DNA of 60,928 nt, taken from IMG/VR virus record IMGVR_UViG_3300032315_000554, positions 1 through 60,928 of that record. The stretch is one strand, 5' to 3'. Position numbers and translations under genes: made by a program. This document shows, in pieces, positions 17,411 to 26,355 of this stretch. Each line of letters opens with the position of its first letter. The first letter of the stretch is position 1. This DNA is from a virus (lineage: Duplodnaviria; Caudoviricetes). Under the pieces are notes generated by a model. That model made no database searches. It had not been told where the DNA came from and worked only from the letters and a program-made list of their open reading frames with translations.

Positions 17411-17989
17411 ATGGCAAAGCCGATTCCACAGTGGCATCCTCCCGGAGGGTTTCATTACTTCGAGGGAGACGTTAAGCTCGAAGCCAGTACGCTGGAAAAA
17501 CTGTACAAGACCGTCGAGAGCTACCGTGCGGAGAACTACCTGCCTTCCGGTGACGTGGAGGGAGACGTTAACATGTACATATGCGGAAATTGGCCGACAT
17601 ACTGCTACGGAGTGGACATGGTTGTAGTGACAAGCGTGAATCCAGCCACAGCGGCTACCGAGTTGCTTAACGACATCACGATTTGGGCAAAAAATATACT
17701 GCATTCCACCAAAAGACGTGTAACTGTCTCCGACGATCTTGCTGAGCAGAGGGCGAAAATATGTCTAGGATGCAAATACAACATAAATTGGAGAAGCGGA
17801 TGCGGTGCTTGTATAATCGCGGCGGAAAGAATTTCAGCGTCTGTGCGTCAGGCTCGGGAAACAAAGTCTTCACAAGTGCTTGGCGGATGCGCCAAGATGA
17901 GGCATGACAATAGATCGGCTATATTTTTCGACCGCGATGAATTCGTCACAACAGGAAACCTCCCAGACCACTGCTGGCTGAAAGTATAA
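17411..17989 (+). CDS. Cys-rich hypothetical protein
   Basis: PPGGFHY N-terminus; EQRAKICLGC, CGAC and HCWL. Confidence 0.8.
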   Translation: MAKPIPQWHPPGGFHYFEGDVKLEASTLEKLYKTVESYRAENYLPSGDVEGDVNMYICGNWPTYCYGVDMVVVTSVNPATAATELLNDITIWAKNILHSTKRRVTVSDDLAEQRAKICLGCKYNINWRSGCGACIIAAERISASVRQARETKSSQVLGGCAKMRHDNRSAIFFDRDEFVTTGNLPDHCWLKV

Positions 17990-17991
17990 TT

Positions 17992-20418
17992 ATGGCAGAC
18001 ACAGTAAAACCGTTGCCCCCCATTGTCACGCAGACGTACGGAAACGCTGCTGCCAGAATCGCTGACGCTACGGACAAGACGAGAATCCTTGACCTTAGGA
18101 TGTCTTCCGGTGACTCGCAGACGAGTGACGTTGTCGATCCAGACAATTTCAAGGTACGAAGGACGTTTAAGGATGCGGCTCAGGCTTACAGCGCATACAA
18201 GCGGCTGAAGCAGCAGAACGTCGAGCGCAACCGTAAGAATCAACTCATCCAGAAGAAGCTGAACAACGAACCCCCGTACTCTCCGAAGAAACTTGAGAGT
18301 ATGGGTCAGAACTGGAGAAGTAACCGTCCGACAGGTTTTTTATCGACGATGGTGTCTAGGATTCAGCCGCCATTTCGTCAGGTCATTGAGGCTTCACAGA
18401 CGCTGACCTATACAAAGTTTCCGGGAGAAGGAATTGATTCGGAGCAGAAGACCAAAGTCTTCCGCGAAGAGATCACCAAATGCATTCGCGGATGGAACGG
18501 TCACACGGATCTCATCACTCAGGTGGTGCATGAGAATACAACTTTTGGGTTCACCGCAATGTGTTGGGACGATCCCCGCGACTGGAAGCCAGAGTTTTTG
18601 CGTCAGGACTACACGTTTTTTTCGATTGAGACTCCTCAGGAAGCCGATGCAACTCCAATTTGGGCGCGGAAGCGGAGGTACCAAATTGCCGAATTGCTCC
18701 CGGTGCTTGAGGATCCCGAGCTTTCTGCTCTTGCCGGATGGCATATCAACAACTTGGTCAAATCGATCAACAACGCTACCCCGGCGGGACGTACGTTGGA
18801 CTCCGACGACGATGCCAGACGGTACGAAGACTGGATTCGGGAGGGATCCTACGGCGCCTCGTACGAGAACGATGCCAAGTACGTCGAGCTTGGAGAGATT
18901 CTGGTCAAGGAGCCTAACGGAAAAATTTCCCGATTCCTCTTCGATGACAAGTCAGGCGACGAAATTTGTACTCAGTTGGACCGATACAACCGCATGAGCG
19001 AGTCGATTGCGTTGTTCGCCATCGAAATCGGCTCAGGCTCGCTGATGTCCTCGCGGGGCGCCGGGCGTGATCTCTACAACACGCACATCGCTGTCGATAA
19101 GGCGCGGAACCTTGTGGTCGATAACGTCTATCTCAAGGGAATGCTTCTCCTGAAAAAAGGTCCGACATCGAAGTCTGGTGTGCCGCCGCTCACGGTGAAC
19201 CATCCTGTGGCGTTTATCGCTGAGGGATACGAGGTCATTCCTCAGCAGTTGCCGTCTGACGTTAGTGATTTCCTCAGTCTAGATCAGTTTATCTCGGGAC
19301 TGGCTGAGATTCAGGTCGGAACCTTTCTGCCCGGCGAGGCAATCGGTCGCGAGACACGTCAAAAGACTGCCAGCGAGGTCAACCGCATCGCTGCAATCGA
19401 GGGACAGATCCGAGAAGGCATCCTGATGCGTTGGATGAAGCAGTATTCCAAGGCAGTCGAGCGCATGCAGCGTGGAATCTGCCATCCCGAGCACGTCAAA
19501 GTCGCTTCCGAGTTAAAAACCAAGCTCGATACGGCTCGATTAGAAAATCCAAAGGTGGTTTGGGCGCGAAAAGAGGTCGCTGAGGCTTTTGAGCGGTCTA
19601 CGATGGAGATGCCTAGCTTCATGGTGCCATTCGAGGTTCCTAATCACCTCGACGAGGACGCAGTTTATTGCGTTTTGAACATGCTCGACCGCAACTTGCC
19701 GCCGAGCGACATCCTTTTGATGGCGTTTTCGCCTGCGACCGAGTTGCTGCCAGACAATATCGCGCAGGAAGACATGGTCTTGGACCTTCTCATCCAGCGT
19801 TACACCGGAAACCCGGCGATCAACCAAGACGAACTGATCAAACTCGACTGGAGCCGCAAGGTAGGGGAGTCCATCGCCAACTCGGTCATCCTTCCCAAGG
19901 ATCAGGTCGAGGCGCTCGCCATCGAGGCGACACGTCAGCAGGTTATCGAGCTACAAAGCATCATCGCTGGCGACGATGTCCCGGTCTCTCCGCGAGACAA
20001 CGACATTATTCACCTTCAGACGATGGCTCAGAAGCTCTTCCCGATCATAGCGTCTGCTCCGAAGGGAGCATTGCCTCAGGAGATGGCTCAGCCGTTTATG
20101 AAAGCTATCGAGCACTTTGGTCAGCACCTTGCTGCAGCAGAGGCGAAAGGCGCAGACTCGAAGACGATTAACGAATTCCGGGCGATGGCGAAGCAAGCTG
20201 TCGATCACCTCACAGCGAGCATGGCGCCTCAGGCTCCTCAGGGCGCTATGCCTGCAGCGGCGGTGGGAATGCCCACCGGGGCGGCTCCTATGGGGCGCCC
20301 GAGACGTGTGTCTATGGCTCAGGCCGAAGGGGTGGCGGATTCCGTTCAGCCTAACCAATCGATGACGGGAGTCGTTAACGAAGTTGCCGCTCCTCCTAAC
20401 CCTCCAACAGCAGCGTAA
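17992..20418 (+). CDS. Portal protein (probable)
   Basis: 808 aa between terL and scaffold; KTASEV motif typical of podovirus portals; Ala/Pro/Gln-rich tail. Confidence 0.75.
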   Translation: MADTVKPLPPIVTQTYGNAAARIADATDKTRILDLRMSSGDSQTSDVVDPDNFKVRRTFKDAAQAYSAYKRLKQQNVERNRKNQLIQKKLNNEPPYSPKKLESMGQNWRSNRPTGFLSTMVSRIQPPFRQVIEASQTLTYTKFPGEGIDSEQKTKVFREEITKCIRGWNGHTDLITQVVHENTTFGFTAMCWDDPRDWKPEFLRQDYTFFSIETPQEADATPIWARKRRYQIAELLPVLEDPELSALAGWHINNLVKSINNATPAGRTLDSDDDARRYEDWIREGSYGASYENDAKYVELGEILVKEPNGKISRFLFDDKSGDEICTQLDRYNRMSESIALFAIEIGSGSLMSSRGAGRDLYNTHIAVDKARNLVVDNVYLKGMLLLKKGPTSKSGVPPLTVNHPVAFIAEGYEVIPQQLPSDVSDFLSLDQFISGLAEIQVGTFLPGEAIGRETRQKTASEVNRIAAIEGQIREGILMRWMKQYSKAVERMQRGICHPEHVKVASELKTKLDTARLENPKVVWARKEVAEAFERSTMEMPSFMVPFEVPNHLDEDAVYCVLNMLDRNLPPSDILLMAFSPATELLPDNIAQEDMVLDLLIQRYTGNPAINQDELIKLDWSRKVGESIANSVILPKDQVEALAIEATRQQVIELQSIIAGDDVPVSPRDNDIIHLQTMAQKLFPIIASAPKGALPQEMAQPFMKAIEHFGQHLAAAEAKGADSKTINEFRAMAKQAVDHLTASMAPQAPQGAMPAAAVGMPTGAAPMGRPRRVSMAQAEGVADSVQPNQSMTGVVNEVAAPPNPPTAA

Positions 20419-20437
20419 AATTCAACCAACCAAACAT

Positions 20438-20824
20438 ATGCCACAACAACCTAAAAAAATGATGATGATGAAGCCCTATAAAAACATGGGCGCCATTACG
20501 AACAAAGAGCGCAAGATGCTCGAAAAGATCGACTATGCAGGCGACTTCGACAGAGAGCTTGCTAAGTTTGAAAAAGTCGTAGCGCCAAAGAAAATCGACA
20601 GAGATGTCGCCAAATTTGGAAAAATCGTAAGTCCAAAAGAACCTCGCCGTCAGCAGGCCCGTGAAATGATGCGGACATCAAAGCCGGAAGTCAGGGAGAC
20701 AAAGCAAGACATGATTCGTCGCAAGAAAAATGATTTGGGTATTCGCGGACAAATCACCGAGGGCGAGATGGCTAGGATCAAGCGATCCATGACTGCCAAA
20801 GAGCGCAATATGTTCAATAAATAA
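20438..20824 (+). CDS. Basic hypothetical protein with short internal repeat
   Basis: DRELAKFEKVVAPK / DRDVAKFGKIVSPK. Confidence 0.7.
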   Translation: MPQQPKKMMMMKPYKNMGAITNKERKMLEKIDYAGDFDRELAKFEKVVAPKKIDRDVAKFGKIVSPKEPRRQQAREMMRTSKPEVRETKQDMIRRKKNDLGIRGQITEGEMARIKRSMTAKERNMFNK

Positions 20825-20877
20825 ACCAATGAAGACACAGATCCTGAGCGTAATCCGATGGCTAAAGGGTAAATTCG

Positions 20878-21171
20878 ATGAGGAAAAAAAACAAACCGAA
20901 GTCGAAAAACCCAAAGCAGCCAAAGCGCCACGAAAAACGTGTTCGTGTAATACGAAGAAAGCTCGGGCGCGAAAAGGCTGATGGAATTTGCTTTTTTGAC
21001 GGAAAAGTACACGTCGATGAAAGGTTGAGGGGGATCCACCTTCTAGAGACACTCATCCACGAACTTCTTCACCATGAATTTCCTCAACTGTCAGAAGACG
21101 CTGTAGAAAAGTCATCGAAATCTATGGCAGTTACGATGTACGATGACAAATGGAGAAGGATCGAAGAATAA
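20878..21171 (+). CDS. Small HEXXH zinc-metallopeptidase-like protein
   Basis: LLETLIHELLHHEFPQLSEDAVE. Confidence 0.7.
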   Translation: MRKKNKPKSKNPKQPKRHEKRVRVIRRKLGREKADGICFFDGKVHVDERLRGIHLLETLIHELLHHEFPQLSEDAVEKSSKSMAVTMYDDKWRRIEE

Positions 21172-21909
21172 ATATATGAACTAGGAACAAAACAAACCGA
21201 TAAATAAACTTCCAGTGATCACATTTATCCACGTCTGTAAACGCGACGAGCAACTCTTTGCCAAGTGGCTTCGCCACACCAAGGAGCTTGGTATGCCTGA
21301 CATGGTCATCTGGACCGAGCCGGGCGTAAACGTGGATCACAAAATTGACCGCATCTTCCAGTCTCCCTACGAGTATCCTGAGATCAACACTCACGTCTGG
21401 TATGAAGCCTGCACCAAGTTGCGCGAACCAGTGCTCTATTTAGAGCCAGATGCTTGGCCCGTAGCCAAAAATTGGGCAAAGGCAATTGAAACTGAATACG
21501 AAAACTTTGGTCAACCGCCTGCTTTAATTACTGCCTCAACCGATCACGCAGAAGCTACGGCTGGAAATCGTAGTATCGATCCCCCGTATTATGTGTGCAG
21601 CGGAATTGGCGTTTATGATGCAGTGCAGCTACCTCTAGGAGATTACGAAGAGTTCCGCCAAAAGATTCCATACAGAATGGCTTGGGATTGGTGGATCCCG
21701 CAGCAAACGGGGATTAAACGCACTCCTCTGATACGACATAGCTACGGGATCTACAGTAACGGAGAAGTGGTTGGGTGGCATGCCTTCTTCTCTCGTAACC
21801 ATTTCCAGAGGATGTGCGAGGGTGCCGCCATTTTTCATAAAGATCCAGTGGGTTCATGCGTTCAATGGGTGGACAAGGTCAATAATCTAAAGGAATAAAT
21901 ATATGAACT
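21166..21909 (+). repeat. 17-bp direct repeat GAATAAATATATGAACT flanking the glycosyltransferase-like gene
   Basis: Copies at 21166-21182 and 21893-21909. Confidence 0.8.
21215..21898 (+). CDS. Glycosyltransferase-like protein (GT-A, EPD in place of DxD)
   Basis: VLYLEPDAWPV, SGIGVY, AWDWW and IFHKD motifs. Confidence 0.65.
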   Translation: MITFIHVCKRDEQLFAKWLRHTKELGMPDMVIWTEPGVNVDHKIDRIFQSPYEYPEINTHVWYEACTKLREPVLYLEPDAWPVAKNWAKAIETEYENFGQPPALITASTDHAEATAGNRSIDPPYYVCSGIGVYDAVQLPLGDYEEFRQKIPYRMAWDWWIPQQTGIKRTPLIRHSYGIYSNGEVVGWHAFFSRNHFQRMCEGAAIFHKDPVGSCVQWVDKVNNLKE

Positions 21910-22142
21910 GGAGAGACTCAGACTCAGCAAAGCTACGAGAATACAACCAGAAATCTGGAGGAGCATTGGTCAGGCTAATGAAGTCCCGTGTTCCTCGATG
22001 CACCGGGAAGAATATTGAAGCCGTTGCGCTTCAGGCAAAGTTCAAAGAAGGCTACGAGACCGCTATTCAGGACATTGAGGATCTTCTCAAGGAGCAGTTC
22101 GACAATTCCGATGCGTCGAACGGCAAATTCCAAAGCATGTAG
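21903..22142 (+). CDS. Small head-module protein (79 aa)
   Basis: Position between portal and scaffold; helical composition. Confidence 0.75.
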   Translation: MNWRDSDSAKLREYNQKSGGALVRLMKSRVPRCTGKNIEAVALQAKFKEGYETAIQDIEDLLKEQFDNSDASNGKFQSM

Positions 22143-22143
22143 T

Positions 22144-22401
22144 ATGGCTACTATCAAAAAACGCTTTACGAAGATCGTGACCAATAAGGCTACGGGAAGA
22201 ACCCGTACCGTGAAGTATGGTCAGGCCGGAAAGGCGAAGGACGGCAAGGACCGCATCCGCCCCGGAACCAAAAAGGGTGATGCTTACTGCGCCCGATCAT
22301 TGAAGATCAAGGGCGACTGGAAAAAGGATAAAAATTCCCCCAACAGCCTGTCCCGGAAAAAGTGGAAATGCCGTGGAGCAAAGTCCATGCGATCAAAATA
22401 A
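22144..22401 (+). CDS. Small basic phage protein
   Basis: YCARS...DKNSPN..SRKKWKC motif; start reassigned to ATG 22144. Confidence 0.8.
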   Translation: MATIKKRFTKIVTNKATGRTRTVKYGQAGKAKDGKDRIRPGTKKGDAYCARSLKIKGDWKKDKNSPNSLSRKKWKCRGAKSMRSK

Positions 22402-22404
22402 TTT

Positions 22405-23712
22405 ATGAGCACAGAAATAGATAACGATACAAGCATAGACAACGAGTCAAACGTAGTTTCAGAACCCACAGCAGCGTCCGGGTTTGGAAATCCATCATTG
22501 GACGCTGACAAAATCGACGACAGCACCGAAGCTCGCATCGATGCACTTCTCGACGAATCCATTCGCGATACGAATCCAGACTTCAAAGAAAGCGATTCGT
22601 CTAGCGAGGAGGATTCTGAAAATCTTCTTTCGGCGGAAAATCCAAAGATTGAGCGGGATTCAAGATCCGCTGAGGCTGTTGCCCAACCGAATCAGGTTGA
22701 GGCTACTCCTGTAGCTGAGATTGATCCTGAAATTGCTGCCATTGAGCAGCCAAGAAATCTTTCCGAGAAGAACCAGAGCAACTGGAGAAAACTTCAAGAG
22801 ACCGCTTCCGTTTACAAGAAGCAGGCAGAAGAGGCTGATCAACTTCGTTCCAGACTGCAGGAGTTGGAGGCGCAGTCTCCTCAGGTGCAGACTCCCACTG
22901 ATTACGAAGAGTTGAAGAAGTTCAGGCAAATTTTTGACATCAAAAATGACCCCGAGTTTAAGTCCAAGTACGAGAAGCCACTCAGTCAGGCCAAGGAAAA
23001 CATCTACGGCATCCTGAAAAAGCATGGCGCCTCAGACGAGGTGATCCAATCAATCGAGAAAGCCGGGGGACCGGACAAGATCGATCAGACGTGGTGGAAA
23101 AACAACGCTATCGACAAACTCCCGCTTACAGACTCCGAAAGGCTGAAGCGAAATCTTGTTGACGTTGTTGACCTGAAAGAGAATCAGGAAAAAGAGTTGG
23201 AGTTTGTTGCTCAAAACGCCGAGCAGATCATGCAGGAGCGTCAGATGGAAACGTATCACTGGTACGAATCCGAAAACCAAAACATCGAGCAGCATGTTGA
23301 CCAACTCACAAAGGATCTTCCTTGGGCTAGATATATGGACGTTCCTCAGGGTGCTTCGCAAGAAGAGGCGTCAAAAATCCAACAACACAATGCTGCCGTG
23401 GATTCATTGTCTGAAAAATTCAACGCCGCTCTGTGGCCTCAGACGGCTCAAGATAGGACGAACGTAGCCGCCGCAGCGGTATTCTCTCATGTCTTGACCG
23501 AAGAGCTTCAGAAGACGCAAAAGGCTTACGCCGATACTCAGAGTCAGTTGAAAAAACTGACAGAAGAAAACAACAGGCTAAAAGGCGCAGGAAAGCTGCC
23601 AAGGTCTAATGTTGGATCTTCTAATTCTGTCAAAGCAAACTCTCTTAGCGACCGCATAAAGATGTCCCCGATGGACGCCATCGATTTCGGTCTTGATGAA
23701 GCAGGTTCCTAA
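22405..23712 (+). CDS. Capsid scaffolding protein (probable)
   Basis: Acidic N-terminus, long coiled coils, head-module position. Confidence 0.7.
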   Translation: MSTEIDNDTSIDNESNVVSEPTAASGFGNPSLDADKIDDSTEARIDALLDESIRDTNPDFKESDSSSEEDSENLLSAENPKIERDSRSAEAVAQPNQVEATPVAEIDPEIAAIEQPRNLSEKNQSNWRKLQETASVYKKQAEEADQLRSRLQELEAQSPQVQTPTDYEELKKFRQIFDIKNDPEFKSKYEKPLSQAKENIYGILKKHGASDEVIQSIEKAGGPDKIDQTWWKNNAIDKLPLTDSERLKRNLVDVVDLKENQEKELEFVAQNAEQIMQERQMETYHWYESENQNIEQHVDQLTKDLPWARYMDVPQGASQEEASKIQQHNAAVDSLSEKFNAALWPQTAQDRTNVAAAAVFSHVLTEELQKTQKAYADTQSQLKKLTEENNRLKGAGKLPRSNVGSSNSVKANSLSDRIKMSPMDAIDFGLDEAGS

Positions 23713-24803
23713 TGGAAGAAAAACCCTCTGTTTTTGGCGGTCTAAAAAACCTCGTAAAAAGAGGCATCGATAAATTTATGAACACACGCATCAGTCCAGA
23801 TGAGCAGATCACACTAAACGCACTCGACTCGTTCGATCCGTTTTCGAGACCCGGCCAAACGACTCCTCCTCCTCCTCCTAAAAAAACAGAAGAGGTTGCT
23901 CCTATTGCAACTGAACCCGTGCGCGAGGAGGCTCCTATCAGAAAAATAATTGTGACTGATACGAAGCCGAAGAAGTCTCAGGCAAAAAAGAAGCAAGAGC
24001 CTCAGGAGGAAAATAGTGACGTTCTTCAGAACGCCCCGGAAGTTGCATTTTCTGACGTTGTGGCAAGAGAAAATCCGATTCAAGAGTCACGAAGTCCTGA
24101 GGGTCTTCCATCGTACCGATGTGAGTTCTCGGGGAGAGACGTGTTTGTTGGATTCCCATGCTACAAAACGACAAACCCGGTAACGGCATTCGCTATGATA
24201 GCTATGGCGCTAGACTTTGGCAGGGACAAGATTCGCTTCGATATGTCCATTGGAGACGCAATGATCTATCACTCGCGAAACGTACTGGCACAGAAGTTCC
24301 TTGAAACTGATGCAAAGTATCTCTTGATGATCGACGATGATATTATTCCCTGCATAGGTAGGCCAGCGTGGATGAGATCAACAGTCGCAGCAGCCAGAAA
24401 CATAGCAGAACAACCGTTGCAGAGGCATGTTATCCACCGTCTGGTTGGCTCCGGTAAGACGTTGATCGGTGGGGCATACTTTGGTCGCCAAGAAGGCGCC
24501 CCGCTAATGTGCTCAAACAGAGACTTGGCGAGCCAAGCTCGCGAGTACCGTGACTTCTATCACCCGGTAGACTGGGTAGGAACTGGATGCATTCTTATCC
24601 ATCGAAAGGTATTCGAGGACATCGAGCAAAAGTTTCCAGAGCTAAATCCAGAGAAGGAAGGCGAACCGTTCGATTACTTCCATCCGATCAAATCGACAAT
24701 GGGAGAAGACGTTTCTTTCTGCCACAGGGCAAAGATCGCCGGGCATCAGCCGTTTATTGATCTCGGGACACCTGTCTTTCACGTTGGCTACAAGACCTAC
24801 TGA
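23712..24803 (+). CDS. GT-A (GT2-like) glycosyltransferase with low-complexity N-terminal extension
   Basis: HSRN, LLMIDDD, VGTGCILIHRKVF, GEDVSFC and FHVG motifs. Confidence 0.85.
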   Translation: MEEKPSVFGGLKNLVKRGIDKFMNTRISPDEQITLNALDSFDPFSRPGQTTPPPPPKKTEEVAPIATEPVREEAPIRKIIVTDTKPKKSQAKKKQEPQEENSDVLQNAPEVAFSDVVARENPIQESRSPEGLPSYRCEFSGRDVFVGFPCYKTTNPVTAFAMIAMALDFGRDKIRFDMSIGDAMIYHSRNVLAQKFLETDAKYLLMIDDDIIPCIGRPAWMRSTVAAARNIAEQPLQRHVIHRLVGSGKTLIGGAYFGRQEGAPLMCSNRDLASQAREYRDFYHPVDWVGTGCILIHRKVFEDIEQKFPELNPEKEGEPFDYFHPIKSTMGEDVSFCHRAKIAGHQPFIDLGTPVFHVGYKTY

Positions 24804-25390
24804 TGAAAAAGAAGATATTTGCCTACTACGAACCCATTCAGGAGTACTCTCAAAAAGAAGAGTTTCCGAGGGCAAACGCATGGAAGCACACTTGGCAAAA
24901 CCAAGGATGGGAATGCGTCATGCTCAATAGGAGCCATGCTGAGCATGAAAAGCAGCAGTCTAAGCTGATGAAGCACATGATGATGGAGGGCAATAGAATG
25001 CCACAGGACAAGCTGAACGACTTCAAGAAGATGCTGGCTAGGTACAAAAGATGGTGTGCCTTATACATGTGCGGCGGAGGGTGGATGTCTGACTACGATG
25101 TTGCGAATATAGCGTTTACTCCGAGTCTGGCTGAAGAGCTAGAGAAGGAGAAAACGCTGCACATCATCACCGGAGAACCTGCCTACTTGTTTTACGCAAC
25201 TCAGGACCATTGCCGGGCTGCAATATTAAAGTTTATGTCTTCCAGTTTTTACAAGGACGGAAGAATTCAGTTTGAGTCAGACATTCTTGAGGCGGAAGAA
25301 AGCATAAACCATCTGACTAATCTATTGTTCCACGGGGAACAGGGTTCTTCTGAACCCAAGTCGCAGCAAATGCTAAAGTATTGCACCTAA
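24803..25390 (+). CDS. DXD glycosyltransferase-like protein (GT32/Och1-like)
   Basis: AWKHTW...RYKRWCAL...GGGWMSDYDV. Confidence 0.7.
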   Translation: MKKKIFAYYEPIQEYSQKEEFPRANAWKHTWQNQGWECVMLNRSHAEHEKQQSKLMKHMMMEGNRMPQDKLNDFKKMLARYKRWCALYMCGGGWMSDYDVANIAFTPSLAEELEKEKTLHIITGEPAYLFYATQDHCRAAILKFMSSSFYKDGRIQFESDILEAEESINHLTNLLFHGEQGSSEPKSQQMLKYCT

Positions 25391-25399
25391 TATCACGGT

Positions 25400-26107
25400 A
25401 TGCGCTTCCTTCACTCAGGCTCCATAGGAGATATAATTGCGTTTCTGCCGTGCATGAGAGCACTCGGTGGCGGAGATCTCGTTATAACAGATCACCCCGA
25501 GCTTTGTATGGGAGGGTTCAAGTATGACTCCGTAAAGCCGCTGCTCGAAGCACAGGACTATGTACAGTCGGTATCGTATACAAGGCATCCCGAAGGCATA
25601 GACTACGATGCCTGTGGGTTCAGGAGGTACTGGGGACAGGGTTCAATTATAGAAATGCAAGCCAAAGAGCTTGGCATACCAGTGCCGTACTTGTCTGCTT
25701 GGATTAAAGTGCAGCCTGACCCCACTACCGTTGGGAGAATAGTTTGCTGCAGGTCGCATAGATACAGAAACGATAAATTCCCTTGGGCGCAGGTAGTTGA
25801 TCAGTTCCGTGAAAAAATAATCTTTATTGGCCTATATGATGAGTACGGAGACTTCACAAATAACTACGGACACGTCGATAAACTTTGCGTCAAAGACTTG
25901 CTGGAATTTGCTCAGTTGATCGCCGGAAGCGATATTTTCATAGGCAACCAGTCTTCTCCATTTTGGATCGCCGCAGGAATGAACCATCCTCTTGTGCAGG
26001 AAACTCATCAGCATATACGCGACTCGGTGGTTCCGTACGGCAACGCATTCTACTCGGAAGATGGAAGTTTCGAGCGAATAAATGATTTTATAAAAAAAAA
26101 ACTTTGA
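25400..26107 (+). CDS. GT-B (GT9/heptosyltransferase-like) glycosyltransferase
   Basis: SGSIGDII.FLP and LLEFAQLIAGSDIFIGNQSSPFWIAAG motifs. Confidence 0.85.
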   Translation: MRFLHSGSIGDIIAFLPCMRALGGGDLVITDHPELCMGGFKYDSVKPLLEAQDYVQSVSYTRHPEGIDYDACGFRRYWGQGSIIEMQAKELGIPVPYLSAWIKVQPDPTTVGRIVCCRSHRYRNDKFPWAQVVDQFREKIIFIGLYDEYGDFTNNYGHVDKLCVKDLLEFAQLIAGSDIFIGNQSSPFWIAAGMNHPLVQETHQHIRDSVVPYGNAFYSEDGSFERINDFIKKKL

Positions 26108-26132
26108 CAAAAAAACGAAATCTACTTAGTTT
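26104..26132 (+). promoter_or_regulatory. Capsid-gene promoter
   Basis: TTGACA-17nt-TAGTTT. Confidence 0.7.
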
Positions 26133-26139
26133 TCTAGCA

Positions 26140-26355
26140 GATCGGAATACTGCTTCCGTTATAGCAGCGACCAGCAGTGGTCACCAAGCACTGCAAGCAG
26201 GCCGAAAACAATGCACCAACGTGCCGGGTGCGACCAGAAAAGCAACTTCCCGCACCCGTGGGAAAAAACGCTTTTGGAGTCGCCCCGGTTTTTTCTTGGG
26301 GTGGTTTCAAAAGCAAAGAAACCAAAACAAAACTTAACCAAGAAAAACTAAAATT
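26140..26355 (+). ncRNA. Structured 5' leader of the capsid gene (candidate cis-regulatory RNA)
   Basis: Several stems including two mutually exclusive pairings; T-tract at 26289-26294. Confidence 0.5.
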
